Shown here: positions 35,029 to 48,204 of the stretch, piece by piece
Position numbering within the stretch: the first letter of the stretch is position 1
Layout: the number at the start of each line of letters is the position of its first letter
Assembly: GCA_964035545.1 (NCBI GenBank)
Contig: OZ037772.1
Location: forward strand, 4,059,538-4,123,537
Origin: Bugula neritina
Taxonomy: Eukaryota; Animalia; Bryozoa
Length of the DNA: 64,000 bases
Reading direction: 5' to 3'
Made by a program: the position numbers and the translations under genes
The notes under the pieces: model-generated
Databases searched by the model: none
What the model was told of the DNA's origin: nothing
What the model saw: the letters and a program-made list of their open reading frames with translations, nothing else

Positions 35029-37125
35029 AGTTACTCTGTTAGTACAGTTACTCTGTTAGTATAGTTACTCTGTTAGTATAGTTACTCTGTTAGTATAGTT
35101 ACTTTGTTAGTATAGTTACTCTGTTAGTACAGTTACTCTGTTAGTATAGTTACTCTGTTAGTATAGTTACTCTGTTAGTACAGTTACTCTGTTAGTACAG
35201 TTACTCTGTTAGTACAGTTACTCTGTTAGTATAGTTACTCTGTTAGTATAATTACTCTATTAGTATAGTTACTCTGTTAGTATAATTACTCTGTTAGTAC
35301 AGTTACTCTGTTAGTATAGTTACTCTGTTAGTTTAGTTACTCTGTTAGTACAGTTACTCTGTTAGTATAATTACTCTGTTAGTACAGTTACTCTGTTAGT
35401 ACAGTTACTCTGTTAGTATAGTTACTCTGTTAGTATAGTTACTCTGTTAGTATAATTACTCTGTTAGTATAGTTACTCTGTTAGTATAGTTACTCTGTTA
35501 GTATAGTTACTCTGTTAGTATAGTTACTCTGTTAGTACAGTTACTCTGTTAGTACAGTTACTCTGTTAGTATAGTTACTCTGTTAGTACAGTTACTCTGT
35601 TAGTACAGTTACTCTGTTAGTATAGTTACTCTGTTAGTACAGTTACTCTGTTAGTATAGTTACTCTGTTAGTACAGTTACTCTGTTAGTATAGTTACTCT
35701 GTTAGTACAGTTACTCTGTTAGTATAGTTACTCTGTTAGTATAATTACTCTGTTAGTATAGTTACTCTGTTAGTATAGTTACTCTGTTAGTACAGTTACT
35801 CTGTTAGTATAGTTACTCTGTTAGTACAGTTATTCTGTTAGTACAGTTACTGTGTTAGTACAGTTACTCTGTTAGTACAGTTACTCTGTTAGTACAGTTA
35901 CTCTGTTAGTATAGTTACTCTGTTAGTATAGTTACTCTGTTAGTATAATTACTCTGTTAGTATAGTTACTCTGTTAGTATAGTTACTCTGTTAGTACAGT
36001 TACTCTGTTAGTACAGTTACTCTGTTAGTATAGTTACTCTGTTAGTACAGTTATTCTGTTAGTACAGTTACTGTGTTAGTACAGTTACTCTGTTAGTACA
36101 GTTACTCTGTTAGTACAGTTACTCTGTTAGTATAGTTACTCTGTTAGTATAGTTACTCTGTTAGTATAATTACTCTGTTAGTATAGTTACTCTGTTAGTA
36201 TAGTTACTCTGTTAGTACAGTTACTCTGTTAGTATAGTTACTCTGTTAGTATAGTTACTCTGTTAGTATAGTTACTCTGTTAGTACAGTTACTCTGTTAG
36301 TACAGTTACTCTGTTAGTACAGTTACTCTGTTAGTACAGTTACTCTGTTAGTATAGTTACTCTGTTAGTACAGTTACTCTGTTAGTATAGTTACTCTGTT
36401 AGTACAGTTACTCTGTTAGTACAGTTACTCTGTTAATACAGTTACTCTGTTAGTATAGTTACTCTGTTAGTACAGTTACTCTGTTAGTATAGTTACTCTG
36501 TTAGTACAGTTACTCTGTTAGTATAGTTACTCTGTTAGTACAGTTACTCTGTTAGTATAGTTACTCTGTTAGTATAATTACTCTGTTAGTATAGTTACTC
36601 TGTTAGTATAGTTACTCTGTTAGTACAGTTACTCTGTTAGTATAGTTACTCTGTTAGTACAGTTATTCTGTTAGTACAGTTACTGTGTTAGTACAGTTAC
36701 TCTGTTAGTACAGTTACTCTGTTAGTACAGTTACTCTGTTAGTATAGTTACTCTGTTAGTATAGTTACTCTGTTAGTATAATTACTCTGTTAGTATAGTT
36801 ACTCTGTTAGTATAGTTACTCTGTTAGTACAGTTACTCTGTTAGTATAGTTACTCTGTTAGTATAGTTACTCTGTTAGTATAGTTACTCTGTTAGTACAG
36901 TTACTCTGTTAGTACAGTTACTCTGTTAGTACAGTTACTCTGTTAGTACAGTTACTCTGTTAGTATAGTTACTCTGTTAGTACAGTTACTCTGTTAGTAT
37001 AGTTACTCTGTTAGTACAGTTACTCTGTTAGTATAGTTACTCTGTTAGTACAGTTACTCTGTTAGTATAGTTACTCTGTTAGTATAGTTACTCTGTTAGT
37101 ATAATTACTCTGTTAGTATAGTTAC
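35029..37125. repeat. 17-bp minisatellite (agttactctgttagta[c/t])n, about 2.1 kb, in a collagen intron
   Basis: Starts inside the donor site gtaagttactctg at 35026. Confidence 0.98.
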
Positions 37126-37251
37126 AGTAAAAGTTTGCTAGTCATAATAACTTGCACTGTTAGTTGCTGGACAAGTTATTCTACTTCTCTTGTAGCCACA
37201 ACCAAAGTGGTGTCTATATATTCTGCTAGTGACTTGAGTAATGACTCATAT

Positions 37252-37658
37252 GTAATTGTAATTGATTTTTGCAATTACTTTACAATTACATCTCAATTAC
37301 TTTAAACTTTTAAATCTTAAAATCTTAAGAAATTTATTCTTTTTCAGCATGACTACTGTTAAATAACAAGTACAGATTAAGTCAATGTAGTATAGTATCA
37401 CTTTTGCGAACAAAGCACGTTCACCCCTGTCAAAATTGCCCCTGCTAGGTGGACCCTAGAGGTGAAATTGCATAACTTCCATTTGTCCTTTGTGAGAACA
37501 AAAGTAATTGTAATTGTAATTAATTGCTTTACAATGTAATTTTGATCTGTAATTAATTACATTTATTTCAAGTGTAATTATAATTGTAATTGTAATTGAC
37601 AAATTCTCATGTAATTGTAATTAATTACATTCACATGTAATTGACCCCAACAACCCTG
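37252..37658. mobile_element. Probable non-autonomous DNA element fragment with gtaatt/aattac subterminal repeats
   Basis: Clusters of gtaattgtaatt and caattac at both ends; ends in gtaattgaccccaacaaccctg; left terminus not found. Confidence 0.4.
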
Positions 37659-38263
37659 GTTTATTATGGAGCTCATATTTTTTTTTGTTCAAGGTCTAGA
37701 TGTATTCTCCACCATGTTTTTACTAGAAGTAAACTTTAATTCAGTAATAAGTTTAAAATAAACTGTTGTTTGGCATTGTACAGTTTACTATTGCCTGAAT
37801 ATTGTATTGAGAATATTGGCTTAACAATTCCAGTGCAGCGATGTGATTGGCTTGACAGTATCAGAGTAGTGATGTGATTGGCTACTCTGTTCTGTTTTGC
37901 AGGGCCATGCCTACTTGTATTATGTGTTAATCTTGTTTTGCAGTGAACAGAAAGGGAGAATGGGTCCCAAAAGACACCCGGGATCTTACCATGGAGAGGA
38001 AGGGTTCACCCGATGTTGATAGCCTGCCTGGTATATCCGGCAATCCTGGAGATGCAGGAGAAAGGAGACCACCTTGTTTTTCAGGAGATACCGGACTTTT
38101 TGGAGAACCAGGTAATGTTTATGCTCAATTGAGTTTAATCTGTCAAGTTATGTTGGGATCTTTTTCGTTTTCGTTATTTTATGTTTGTTATGTGGAAAAG
38201 GGGAAAACTCTGTCTCAGAGCATTTTTGTTTTTTCAGAGAGCTTTGGATTATTTGATTATGGT

Positions 38264-38497
38264 CTACACAGGGGTGTAGACAGACTAAACTACACAGGGG
38301 TGTAGACAAACTAAACTAGACAGGGGTGTAGACAGACTAAACTACACAGGGCTGTAAACAGACTAAACTACACTGGGGTGTAGACAGACTAAACTACACA
38401 GGGGTGTAGACAGACTAAACAACACAGGGGTGCAGACAGACTAAACTACACAGGGGTGTAGACAGACTAAACAACACAGGGGTGCAGACAGACTAAA
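38264..38497. repeat. 26-bp minisatellite, about 9 copies
   Basis: Unit tacacaggggtgtagacagactaaac with an internal ctacac/gtgtag hairpin. Confidence 0.95.
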
Positions 38498-41400
38498 CCT
38501 ACTACGAACCTATAACTACCCTGCGTCATGCCGTCTCCATTCTCTCTTGTAATTTGACCTTTATTTAGCGAGCAGATTTCTAGTAGGCTATTCTATAGTG
38601 ACCAGTCACACTGTGTATTATAGCAACATAGAAATCAAGTTGAAAACTAGTTGCACCTGTTGTGATGCTATCACTGGGTGCTTGCAGGTAGAGACGGAGT
38701 ACCTGGACCTGTTGAGATAGGATATCAGGGTAAACAAGGAGATCAAGGTCCTGCAGGTAAGAATGAGGAGTGACTCGCCCTTGCTTGTGTATTTCTGTTC
38801 TTTTTAGGTATTCTATAATATGCTGGAATTCCCCTCACACCTATGCTATATGCTGGGGTTAGTCTGCACTAAGGCAGGGTGTAGGCTAAGTAATCATATT
38901 GAATCCCAGCAGTGATTGTTACTTCAACTGACAGGATTACTATGTATGATAGTTACTCTGACTGGTTTTCATGGATCATTTTTACCATATTATTTGCCAC
39001 ATGATGCATTGTCTTAGTAAAAACAAGAAAACAAAGAAATATACCAGAAATGTTGAGAAATGTGGTGTTCCAGAATTAATAAATGACCACTTGTAATGCA
39101 TGCTGGTGCTGCTTGGCTCATAGGACAAGCCGGACAAGCTGGAGAACCCGGTCTGGATGGCAGAAATGGAAAGACAGGAGAAACTGCACGAACTGGTATG
39201 CCTGGTCCAACCGGCTCAAGGGGGTCACTGGAGAACCCGGATCTGATGAAAGGTAATATTTGTGTTTCACTTTGCCCTATTCAGCTTCTTGGAACTTTTT
39301 ATGTGATTTCGGCTTTATAATTTGTTATCAATTTTATCAGAGACGGTTTACCTGGAGTACCGGGTGCTGATGGTAGACCTGGGGAGCAGGGTGATCAAGG
39401 ACCTCCTGGCCCCATGGGTCCAGTGGGAATCCCCGGTAACCAGGGACCTGAAGGTGCTCAAGGAGACAAGGGTGATAAGGCAGGAACATTCTTTATTCAG
39501 TTTTCTATTTATTTCAGTTCTCTGGTTTTCCACTAGTCAATCTTTTAGTTGTTTATTTGTTTTAGTTTATTTATGTTAATACTAGAGTTGCTTTAGTGAC
39601 ACCACATCTTTTAATATATTACACAACAATGCAGTATAATACACCATAATATAATATGTTATACAATACAATAATATTACAGAAAATATAATTCACTAAT
39701 ATCTCACAGTTAAGTTGTGTCTCCTAAATATATTCATTACTATAGGGGCCAGCTGGGCCACAGGGTGCTTCTGGACCAACTGGATTGTCCGGGCCAACTG
39801 GCCCTCAGGGACCCCACGGAGCTTCCGGGAATTCCCGGCGAACAAGGACCTAAAGGTATGAATGAAGTTGAACCAATCGTTGACCTTAGTTATTGGCCAT
39901 CAACAGAATCTTGACTCTAAGAGTTATCCTACCTGGTAAGAAGGTAAGGCAACTCCTAACTCATGATAATATGAATATCATCTGCTGTTGTAAGACCCAC
40001 TGGTTTCCAGGGACCTCAGGGATTCCTCGGAGCTCCTAGTGTTGATGGTTAAAGGGGAGATGTTGGATCAGTTGGCATTGCTGGACCACCCGGGCTACGG
40101 GGTGCTGATGGCAAAGAAGGAATTACTGGTTCTCCTGGTGCTATGGGTGCTATGGGACCACCTGGACTTGATGGTGCTAAGGTAAACACTTACACTGTTA
40201 ACAGGTTATTGTTATTCATCTTGTTGGTTTAGTGGTAATAAACCAATAGTTTGTATTTCTAGGGTGAGCAAAGGAGAGATGGGGAAATGGGTAGTCCTGG
40301 CAGACCTGGACCTCCTGGTGAAGCCCCAGTATTTGGTTAGTTATTAGCAAAACCAAGTTATTGTTCATTACTTGTATCTTTTTCATTCTCTTCCAACTGT
40401 GTATTGGTAATATTTTGGGAATTTCATCCATAGTCTGTGATTGAAGCTTTTATTTTATTCTACCATGGGTTATGTTAGGTGCGCCCCCTATGATGATGAG
40501 TGCAATGATGTCCAACAGTAAAGGTGTACAAGCTGATGATGCAGGCGCCAACAATGAGCTCTATAATATGTACCTCAGTGAGTAATGGTCATGATGTGCT
40601 TCGATGTTGCCCGATTTGTAGCGGAAAAGCTCTTTTAAATAGTGTTTTGGAACTCAAATGACGGACCTGTTTCAAATTGTGTGTATGTTTAATTTACAGA
40701 CAAACAATTTTATAATTAACTGTTAGAAACTATTGTAATAAAAATATAGACAGCTGTTATAATGTATTTCTCCTCCTAGCATTAATGATTGACATTCTTG
40801 TTTGATGAGTCACATATTTAGTTCGTTTCTCCAGTTAAATGTTGCTACATTCTGACATATTATATAATGTTGATTTATTGCTGTTAGCTTACATCACTAC
40901 TTCCACTTTATTTCTCTAGAAACAAAAGTAAGGGACGGGTCCAAAGACAGCCCTGTTAGAGACTGTAGAGAACTCTTCACTGAAAACCCAGAGTTCAAGA
41001 GTGGAACTTATTGGGTGAGATAAGATGCTGATATGTTTCTATTTTCTCTGCTCAGAGGAAATCTGCATCCAAGTCTAATGACTGAAATTCTGTGAACATG
41101 TTTTACATTCTACAATTACTACTCCTGAGATGTCAATATAATGTCATGTGAAGTTTCTACAGATATTTAATGAATTGTTGTTTAGGAAGAAGAGTTTTCC
41201 CATGAGTTGCCTGTATTATATAATTCTGTAGATTCAACAGCTGAACATGTTTTAGTAGTTTTATTTGATATTAGCATTATGTTAGTGTGAAATAGAGAAG
41301 TTGTATTCTCTATTGTTTGTTGTCAGGTGGATCCAGATGGTGGCTCCATAGCTAATGCTATCCAGGCTTACTGTCGCAAGGAAATGAAGAGCACTTGCAT

Positions 41401-41569
41401 CAATGCTAAGACCTTCGAGTTTGCCACCAAATCGTACGTCACCCAGCAGCTAGATAATCAGCCATTTGTTGCTAAACACATGGGAACAACAATTGTGAGT
41501 GTTTATCTTGCATCAACCATGACTTTCTCTGTATTATTTTAGAATATCTAAAAGTTTTTTTGCTGAGCA

Positions 41570-41787
41570 TTGTCGCTATTGTAACATATTTGTTTATTGT
41601 ATGGAGGTTGATAAGTGTTGCTATAGTAACATGTTGATTTCCTGTATGGATGTTGATAAGTGTTGCTATAGTAACATGTTGATTTCCTGTATGGATGTTG
41701 ATAAGTGTTGCTATAGTAACATGTTGATTTCCTGTATGGGTGTTGATAAGTGTAGCTATAGTAACATGTTGATTTCCTGTATGGATT
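41570..41787. repeat. 45-bp minisatellite, about 4.8 copies, with GTTGCTATAGTAAC palindrome
   Basis: Unit atggatgttgataagtgttgctatagtaacatgttgatttcctgt; runs into the acceptor at 41790-91. Confidence 0.95.
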
Positions 41788-43489
41788 GTAGTTTGAGTAT
41801 CAGGCAGAGTTTTCCTAACTCAACTTCCTTCGAATTCACTCTGAGAGAGCAAAGCAAACCCTGACTCCCAGGTAATAGTCACTGCTAGCAGTTTATCAGA
41901 TAGTCACCAGTTGCTAGTCACCAGATACTAGTCCTCTACTATGTTGCAAGTCACTTGATAATCTGAACAATCACAGGCCTTTTTAAGCTGAGCGAGTTGT
42001 TGGCATGACTATTCCTTTTGCTGATTGTAGATGTATAAACTCAGTGGCGGTAGAAGACGCATTCGGTAGGAAGAATAAGTCAGTCATTTTATATACAGCT
42101 GGTGATAAAGAATACACAGCGACAGATAGCAGGTTTCAATATTCAGTGCTGCAGGATAATTGCAAGGTATGTAAATGTGACCTATATAATGTAAATCTGA
42201 CCTATATAGTGTAAACCTGATCTATATAGTGTAAATCTGACTTTTATAGTGTAAATATGACCTGCATATGCACATGATTGCAATAGTTGCATCTTTTGTT
42301 CTATTAATTTACTGTGGAGCTTGCTTTTGAGGCTTGCAATAAATGTTTACGAGTTCAACCCAAAAGCCACTTTGAGTGCTGTACGAGTTTAGAGTTTGCC
42401 GTCTGCCATTTTGTAGTATGCCAAATCATCAGAAGCTCAGACAGTGATTGAGATTGACACCAAGACCCCCACCCACTTGCCTATTATTGACATTGCTCCT
42501 GGTGACATTGGGACAACCCACAAAGAGTTTGGGGTTCAGCTTGGAGAAGTCTGCTTTTCATAGACTCATATCTAACAACAGTGTTATTTGGCTGATTTTT
42601 TAAAACTGTCCCTGATTAGAGAATTAGTGGCCAATCAGAGAATGCAATCAATGTTGGTTGGCTGAGACCAGCAGTCTGATTCTTATATAACCTAATTTTT
42701 AAATGAAATATTTGATTACTCTAAATAAATTTATCCGAGACTTCCAAGGCAGTGATGGTGATTTTTGTACATATAAATTTGAAGGAGTTTAGCTATAGGG
42801 TTTATGCTGTTTTTTTAATTATTCCACCATAACCTGAGATTGTGAGTAGTAATTCTAGAATGAGGTAGGGAGGGTGTAACGCCCTTCCCTATGACTTTAT
42901 ATATTTAGAAACTGTTGTTAATTTAGTAATTCTGTTGGTGCTACATTTTTAAATTCATTTAATCCAACCATTTCTCTATTACAAAATATATTTTACCATA
43001 AGGTGCTACACAATTTATTTCTCAGCTTGTAGATTTCATCATCAAAATTATTGAAGTAATAAAATTGGTCCAGAATTTGAAAGAAGCTGCAGTTTTCAGA
43101 TCTGATTATTTAACCTATTTATCCTGAAATTAAACATTGTTAGTTTAAAATGGAGTGTAACATATATTTTAGTCACTTAGTTCCAACTGTGTTGACCATA
43201 TCAACATTTTAAATTTTACTTCAGCTGCTATGAAGTACATAAGTAACTGGCATTAAATTTCACATGTCACATCATCTTGTAAAAGTTAATTGTAAATAAA
43301 AGTAAATTTCAAGTGTTTTTGAGAAGCTACAGGTTTGTATGTTTGAACAGATGAAACATAATGTTCCTTAATGTCAAGATTCTGCTTATACCACAATACC
43401 ATAAACATTGTGACTCTGTCAGTAGCCAAAAGCAGTGATGAAAAAAGTTGTTTACTAACACAACTAGTAAATTTTATAAATATCAGACA

Positions 43490-46400
43490 CGATTTAGAGA
43501 AGAGTTGATGCTGTCCTGCTGCTGCGGGACGGCGGAAGATTTTTGAAAACATAGATTGGCACTTTGGTAGAGTCAGACTTGGGCTCGCATTTGTTAAAGA
43601 CTTGTTACTGAAAGCAGAAACAATAAATATAAAAAAAATGTCTAATTTTCAGGTTTCTGGGAAATTTCTTTAGATGTATTTCTGAAACTAACAATGTTTT
43701 ACTAACCTTCATGTCAGGAGTTCTCTTCATCATTGTTGTACAGACTTTGAATACTGTCACGTATCAACTGGAAACACACATTACAATCATTAACTCAAGC
43801 ACAATCAACATAGAAGTTTAGCAATTACCAGTGAGCGTTGAAAGAATTTCAACAGATTGAAAACTTTTCCAAACAAATTATAAGTCTACAAACCATTTTT
43901 GATCTAGCAATGAGCCATTTTATTCGATACATAGTGGTGACTGCTCTAACAGCAGCCCTGAACCTGCGCTTAGCTGTGATCTTGGTTGGGGGGGTGGGGT
44001 CTATTCCTGCCATTGTTTCTGCCCATTTCAGTGTCTCTGCTACACACTCCTATGTAGCAGATGTATGAGTTATATCCATTATACTGTATGCCTTCAGCAC
44101 ATATATGTCATACATCCATATTGCACCTTATCACATTGGTAACTGGTATAAAATGTATCACCTTATATGCGTCAAATTGCGTGACTATCAGCTTCTTCTG
44201 AATAGTCAAACTTTGAACTTTGGCTTCAGCCTTCGTCATTCGAGAATATAACTGAGAAACAACATCCTGTCAATAGGAAGACAGATAACAGCGTAAATTT
44301 TTCAAATTTTGGTTTTCCTGATGTCAAACATAGAAAAGTTTAACTCGTGAAAACACAGCACTAATTAAACAGGGAGAACTATTATATTAATTCAAGGGAA
44401 CCTTTAGGTTACAACTCGTTAGCAAAGTGGGTATCTCGAGGATCTTGTATTGGTGAACTTCAGCCTATAAATGGCTCGTTTTACTCTTTTGCTCACAAAG
44501 TTTATCAACAATATAGAAAAGCTTAACATATTCACTAGAAGAAGATTGTATCTGCTAAAGACTATGTCCAGTAATTATAGATTATAGATTGTATCTGCTA
44601 AAGACTATGTCCAGCTATTATAGATTATAGATTGTATCTGCTAAAGACTATGTCCAGCTATTATAGATTATAGATTGTATCTGCTAAAGACTATGTCCAG
44701 CTATTATAGATTATAGATGGTATCTGCAATCACATGGCACACTCACAGTGCACTTGTTAGATTATTACTAAGCAGTGAACTTCAAACTATTAGGCAGAGT
44801 GTTAACAAAGGAAGTCACTTCCAACAACTGCATGTCTGTTGAGAATAGCTCACTGCGGCCAGCTAAAGACTATGTCCAGCTATTATACACACTTTAGTCA
44901 CAAATAATTAATTATATTTCAACTGCAACATGCAAGGATTTGGTAACATACATTAGCCCTGGTAATATGTTTTCTCATCTTGATAATATCCCATTGTTGA
45001 AAGGCTATCATTCGCTCCTTCTTAGCGACAAGTGCATTAGCAGCTTCCAGTTCAATTTTCAGTTTGCCATTGATGCTCTCTGCATCTGCCATGAAGTCAC
45101 TAATCTGCTACATAGACACCTGCTGCTTGGCTAATTCTTTCTGAGCTGTGAACAACTCACACTTGGCACTTTTCAACTTGTCCTGCAACTGGCCAACTTC
45201 TTCTCGCAGAGTTCCGGAAGTCTGTTTCTCAACCAAATTAAATATACTTTATAAAAATTAAAACTCCGGCGAGACATAATATGTATTGAAGGATACACTT
45301 TATGCAAAGTATTTAAATAATTGTGTTTGTAGCTCACTATTCCTGCTATTTTAATACTATGCTTATCTAGTGCTATTGCACATGCATGTACAGCTATAGG
45401 TGTGCAGTTCGCAGGTCACAATACACAATGTTATATATGTTATATGCGTTATATATGTACTTTGCCTCTTTATATTGGAAACTTGGTTTCTTTACTGCAT
45501 AACCTTACTGGGTTCACCCACATTACTGGCTCCACCCACATTGCTACCACCTGAAACAATAATTTATAATATATAACACAAAAACAATTTTATTAAGAAC
45601 TTATTGATGTTATTGATGTTGAGTTCTAGTCTGTACTTCTCCTTCAGCTGTTTATCACATCTCAACAGTACAATAGATCAATAATTTAAAAATTAAAATT
45701 TAATTTAATAAATAATTTTAAACGCTATATCACTGAATAATACATAGCTTGAAAATGAAACTATAACACAATAATTTTTAGCTGTATGTCAAAGTTCTAT
45801 GAAATAAGTTTTATATATAAGCAGCATAATTAGGCAATCTAAACCTGAGTCTCTGTATAACTTGGTTTTCTCTTCGCTTTATTGTAATGGTACAAAAATA
45901 GGACGAATATTGTAAATTGATCTCAAAAAGTTTTTAGTGTTCATTTGAAATAATAACTTTAGCCAAAACCCTATCAAGAAAAAAGCTTTTTCTAGCCGGT
46001 GCAGCAGTACACAAGTTTTATCAGTACCAAGTTGCACGTACACCTCTACTGAAAAAATATTTTTTCTTTAGGTAATCTGAAAACCCAACTAAGGCTATGT
46101 GGAGACAACTTTTGTTTATTTGAATTTATGACATGGTTACTTGAGAAAGACATTTTTTCAACTTTTTAGGAGTACTTTGATAAAATTTGTCTAAATTACA
46201 CAAAAATTCTGCTGACTCTTATATAATGGTAAGACAACAACTTGACTGGTACTTCCTATCAGTTACAAGAGTTTGGAATTCATCAGCCATGTTGATGGCG
46301 GACTTGTGTTCTTGTCATACAGAAGGCAGTATATCAGCTCAACTAACCAATGACTTGCAGCACAGAGCAGGCTAAGACTGTAGGCATTGTCAAAGCTTTT

Positions 46401-46530
46401 AGTGAAATGTTCTTGATGAAAGCTTTTGGCAATAGCTTTCTGGCTGTTAACTTTTTGTTGAGTTGTCATCCTGCATCTGTGCATCTACACCATTCAGCAT
46501 TCTCACTCACATTAACCATTATTTTGCACC
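43490..46530 (-). pseudogene. Coiled-coil plus PACT-domain gene (pericentrin/AKAP9-like 3' part), disrupted
   Basis: Exons 44162-44266 (QLYSRMTKAEAKVQSLTIQKKLIVTQFDAYK) and 44049->~43890 (ECVAETL...RRFRAAVRAVTTMYRIKWL) match the PACT pattern. The coiled-coil exon 44952-45221 has an in-frame TAG (45108-10). More stops occur in exons near 45461-45550 and 46253-46530. Confidence 0.72.
44544..44727. repeat. 43-bp minisatellite, about 4.3 copies
   Basis: Unit gattgtatctgctaaagactatgtccagctattatagattata. Confidence 0.93.
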
Positions 46531-46777
46531 TTCTAATTAAAGGAAAAGGAATAGAGAAATGAGTAGTACAGCCAACTAAGTCTGCCTCAATTCTGTCTTT
46601 ACTAAAACCTGATTGCATACAGTGTAAGTATGTAGTGTAGGTATATAGTGTAGGTATACTGTGTAGGTACACAGTGTAAGTATGTAGTATGTAGTATGAT
46701 ACTGCTATTCTAGTAAACTGAATGGTGAAAACGTGACTAGGGAAAGAGACAGCACGTCACAAGACCGCTGTATACAG

Positions 46778-48204
46778 GTGTCCTTGCCGAAGTGACTCCC
46801 CTCTCAACTACCGCATAGCATATAAACCCACAAATTACTCTACACCACCATCTTCTGTCCTACAATCTCAGTCTAACCAACCAATGGTAAGTCATAACCA
46901 ACTTCTGTCGGTCACTCATTCAACATGGTGCATTCTGATTGCATCAATTATACATCTGTTGAGTACTACTGCATGCTGTAGAACGGTCCCGACCTGCAAG
47001 GAGTGGATGGTGGTGAGGAGTTTCTGATTGACGATTCAGATGAAGATATGTCCCTAGACCCCCTGACTCCCTCTGGAGAATACTCAAAGAGCTGTCCAAT
47101 CATGACGAGAGGTTAGTCTTTCATCAAATAGTTGCTTTCGCCTATCGCTTGGTAATAAATAAACGCTGCTGATATAATGAACAGTTTTAAAATAGTGCAG
47201 ACTAACTTATCCCGATGTATTACACTATGGTTCTTGTAAAGTTTACTGACTAACATTAGGTCATCTGTTGAGATGTGTCACTAGTTTCTAGAATTTTATT
47301 TCTACTCTGTGTAAAAAATGTTGTAAGTTGGTCTCACTAGGGTAAACTGTAGTTGTGATTAACTTCTATGGCTTTTACAGAGCTACGAGCATGAAGAGTG
47401 CAGGTGCAGGAAAGCTAGTTACTCCGCTTTGGTCACTCTTTACATGATAATAGGAGATAATCTCAAGCCATATTTGTCTGTAATAACTGGCAGCAAGGTA
47501 GGCCATCAGTTCTTCACAAAAAACATGTTTGAAACTAAACTATAAAGATCTGCTGAGAATAAGTGCCGGTTACTTGCACTCTAGTAAACAGTAAATCTTA
47601 TGGATGTATATTTTATCCAAACTCGTATGTTTTGAATTGCCCCTAGCACATTTATAACCAAAGAGTTTTGGTAACAACATTTTTATTTTAGTTATTTTTA
47701 TATGATAGTTTTTATACTTAGCTCAATAATTGAATTTACTACTTGTCTAAATAATACATCAGAAAAATGCAAAATAAATGTCATTTTCAATATTAAATGT
47801 AGATTTCACCTCCCACGTTTAACATCACACATTTATAGAGTTGGCTATTAAATGACCAAGTCTTTGGTATGAATAAACTGGACAGTATTTGGCTAATGAC
47901 TATACAATGTACCATCATTATTGACTCTGTGGTTGGCACCACATTTCCCTGACTATTCTATCTTTTGTAGCTGAAACTTCTCAATCTATATATTAAAAGA
48001 GCAGAAGAAAAGTGTGCAGAGCTTCACCACGACACTATCACAAAGAAGTAAGTTACTCAAGAATTACTTTCTTATATTCACAAGAGTCAGATGTTGAGAG
48101 CCAGCTATGCCTCAGTTGACAACAAGATGGGAGACGCCCACGGTTCTACCGTCAACGCTAAGAGTGCCATGAAAAATATGAAGAAACATACCCTCAACAT
48201 GTAG
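46778..48204 (+). pseudogene. CLASP: CLASP (CLIP-associating protein) 3' fragment
   Basis: Exons 47381-47497 (SYEHEECRCRKASYSALVTLYMIIGDNLKPYLSVITGSK) and 47971 onward (LKLLNLYIKRAE) are the CLASP C-terminal signature. Upstream exons at 46778-886 and 46982-47111; a phase mismatch implies lost exons. TAA at 48049. Confidence 0.82.

Larger units (their letters stand above)
34140..42563 (+). pseudogene. Fibrillar-type collagen pseudogene: Cys-rich N-terminal exons, short Gly-X-Y helix, COLFI C-propeptide
   Basis: Cys-rich exons 34140-92, 34537-621 and 34879-35025. Gly-X-Y exons 37944-38111, 38688-756, 39124-252, 39341-479, 39745-855, 40011-181 and 40264-336. Telopeptide KGVQADD at 40479-578. 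COLFI exons 40920-41014 (GSKDSPVRDC...GTYW), 41327-494 (VDPDGG), 41792-871, 42031-166 (QDNCK) and 42417-563 (LPIIDIAPGD...EFGVQLGEVCFS*). In-frame TAA at 40050 and 41816, frameshifts, and many Gly substitutions. Confidence 0.92.

Noticed and set aside
37944-40336. RIP-like CpA-specific hypermutation
   Set aside because: Gly-codon G>A changes occur in CpA, CpC and CpT contexts, and stop codons are an ascertainment-biased sample.
17041-44727. Regular 17-45 bp repeats as CRISPR arrays
   Set aside because: Head-to-tail units without unique spacers, no cas genes, eukaryotic intronic context.
40011-48204. Alternative genetic code (TAA/TAG=Gln) or U-to-C editing explaining in-frame stops
   Set aside because: The collagen ends normally at TAG, and the same genes have frameshifts and Gly-breaking substitutions; ordinary decay is sufficient.
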